A stretch of 64,000 bases of DNA, from NCBI RefSeq assembly GCF_001194135.2, contig NC_068995.1, forward strand, positions 36,770,466 through 36,834,465, written 5' to 3'. Below are positions 63,538 to 64,000 of this stretch, in pieces. This DNA comes from Octopus bimaculoides (Eukaryota). Made by a program: the position numbers and the translations under genes. The notes under the pieces are model-generated. The model did no database searches. It had not been told where the DNA came from and saw only the letters and a program-made list of their open reading frames with translations. Within the stretch, counting starts at the first letter, position 1; each line of letters starts with the position of its first letter.

Positions 63538-63824
63538 GCCTGGTTTTTACAAAGATGCTTTGTCTCTGTCACCATCTGGGAATTCTTCTTGTTCATTGCC
63601 TCCATCTGGTGCAGGTATTGGAGGATTAGGCTCTGTGTCAATTCGTCCTCCAATTGGATCTCCTGGGCATTCCTCTTTTATTGGTTCTCGCCAAACACCA
63701 GGGGATTGTCCTCCCCAGCAGCAACAGACACCTCCACAACTTGGCTGCAGCCCACCACATCCTCAACAGTCTGTTATGATTGGTTCAAATTATCCTGATG
63801 ACAAGAATGTTCCTCAACCATTAG
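63538..63824 (+). CDS. ZC3H4: ZC3H4-like exon (Pro/Gly/Ser-rich low complexity); gene continues beyond window
   Basis: Acceptor catctgtttcag|, phase 2. (R)PGFYKDALSLSPSG...PDDKNVPQPL(G); donor G|gtatat, phase 1. Confidence 0.82.
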
Positions 63825-64000
63825 GTATATAACTTGTTTCCCATAAATGTTCACCTTTTTCATGTTTCTCGTTATCATTGTGATGGGGTCAATTTGCTTT
63901 GCTGTTCTTTTGAATGTAGCCAAAAGTATTAAATTAACTATGTTGAATGCAAGCTGATACTTGTAAGTGTGCAAATAAATATATTGTTAAAGGTGTTGTT

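Overview
AT-rich, microsatellite-dense eukaryotic DNA with nine N gaps. The repeat families resemble those of coleoid cephalopods, probably Octopus (inference). One protein-coding gene is well supported: a ZC3H4/ZC3H6-family CCCH zinc-finger gene (Restrictor/Su(s) type) on the + strand. Nine phase-consistent coding exons lie between 52864 and 63824 and the gene continues past the window; the exon carrying the first half of zinc finger 1 is missing and probably lies in the gap at 56839-57111. Upstream is a ~9 kb CpG-rich domain (43.5-52.8 kb) with no recognisable SINE/LINE copies and with promoter motifs at both ends, suggesting a divergent gene pair. The rest is a retroelement and DNA-transposon mosaic: RTE LINE 3' ends, R4/Dong-type LINE 3' ends inside (AAT)n tracts, three SINE families, a DD37D maT transposase relic, hAT- and piggyBac-type MITEs and a Penelope-like fragment. 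Most ORF-track entries are microsatellite or gap artefacts. No CRISPR array, rRNA or true tRNA gene is supported. Repeat boundaries are approximate unless stated as exact.
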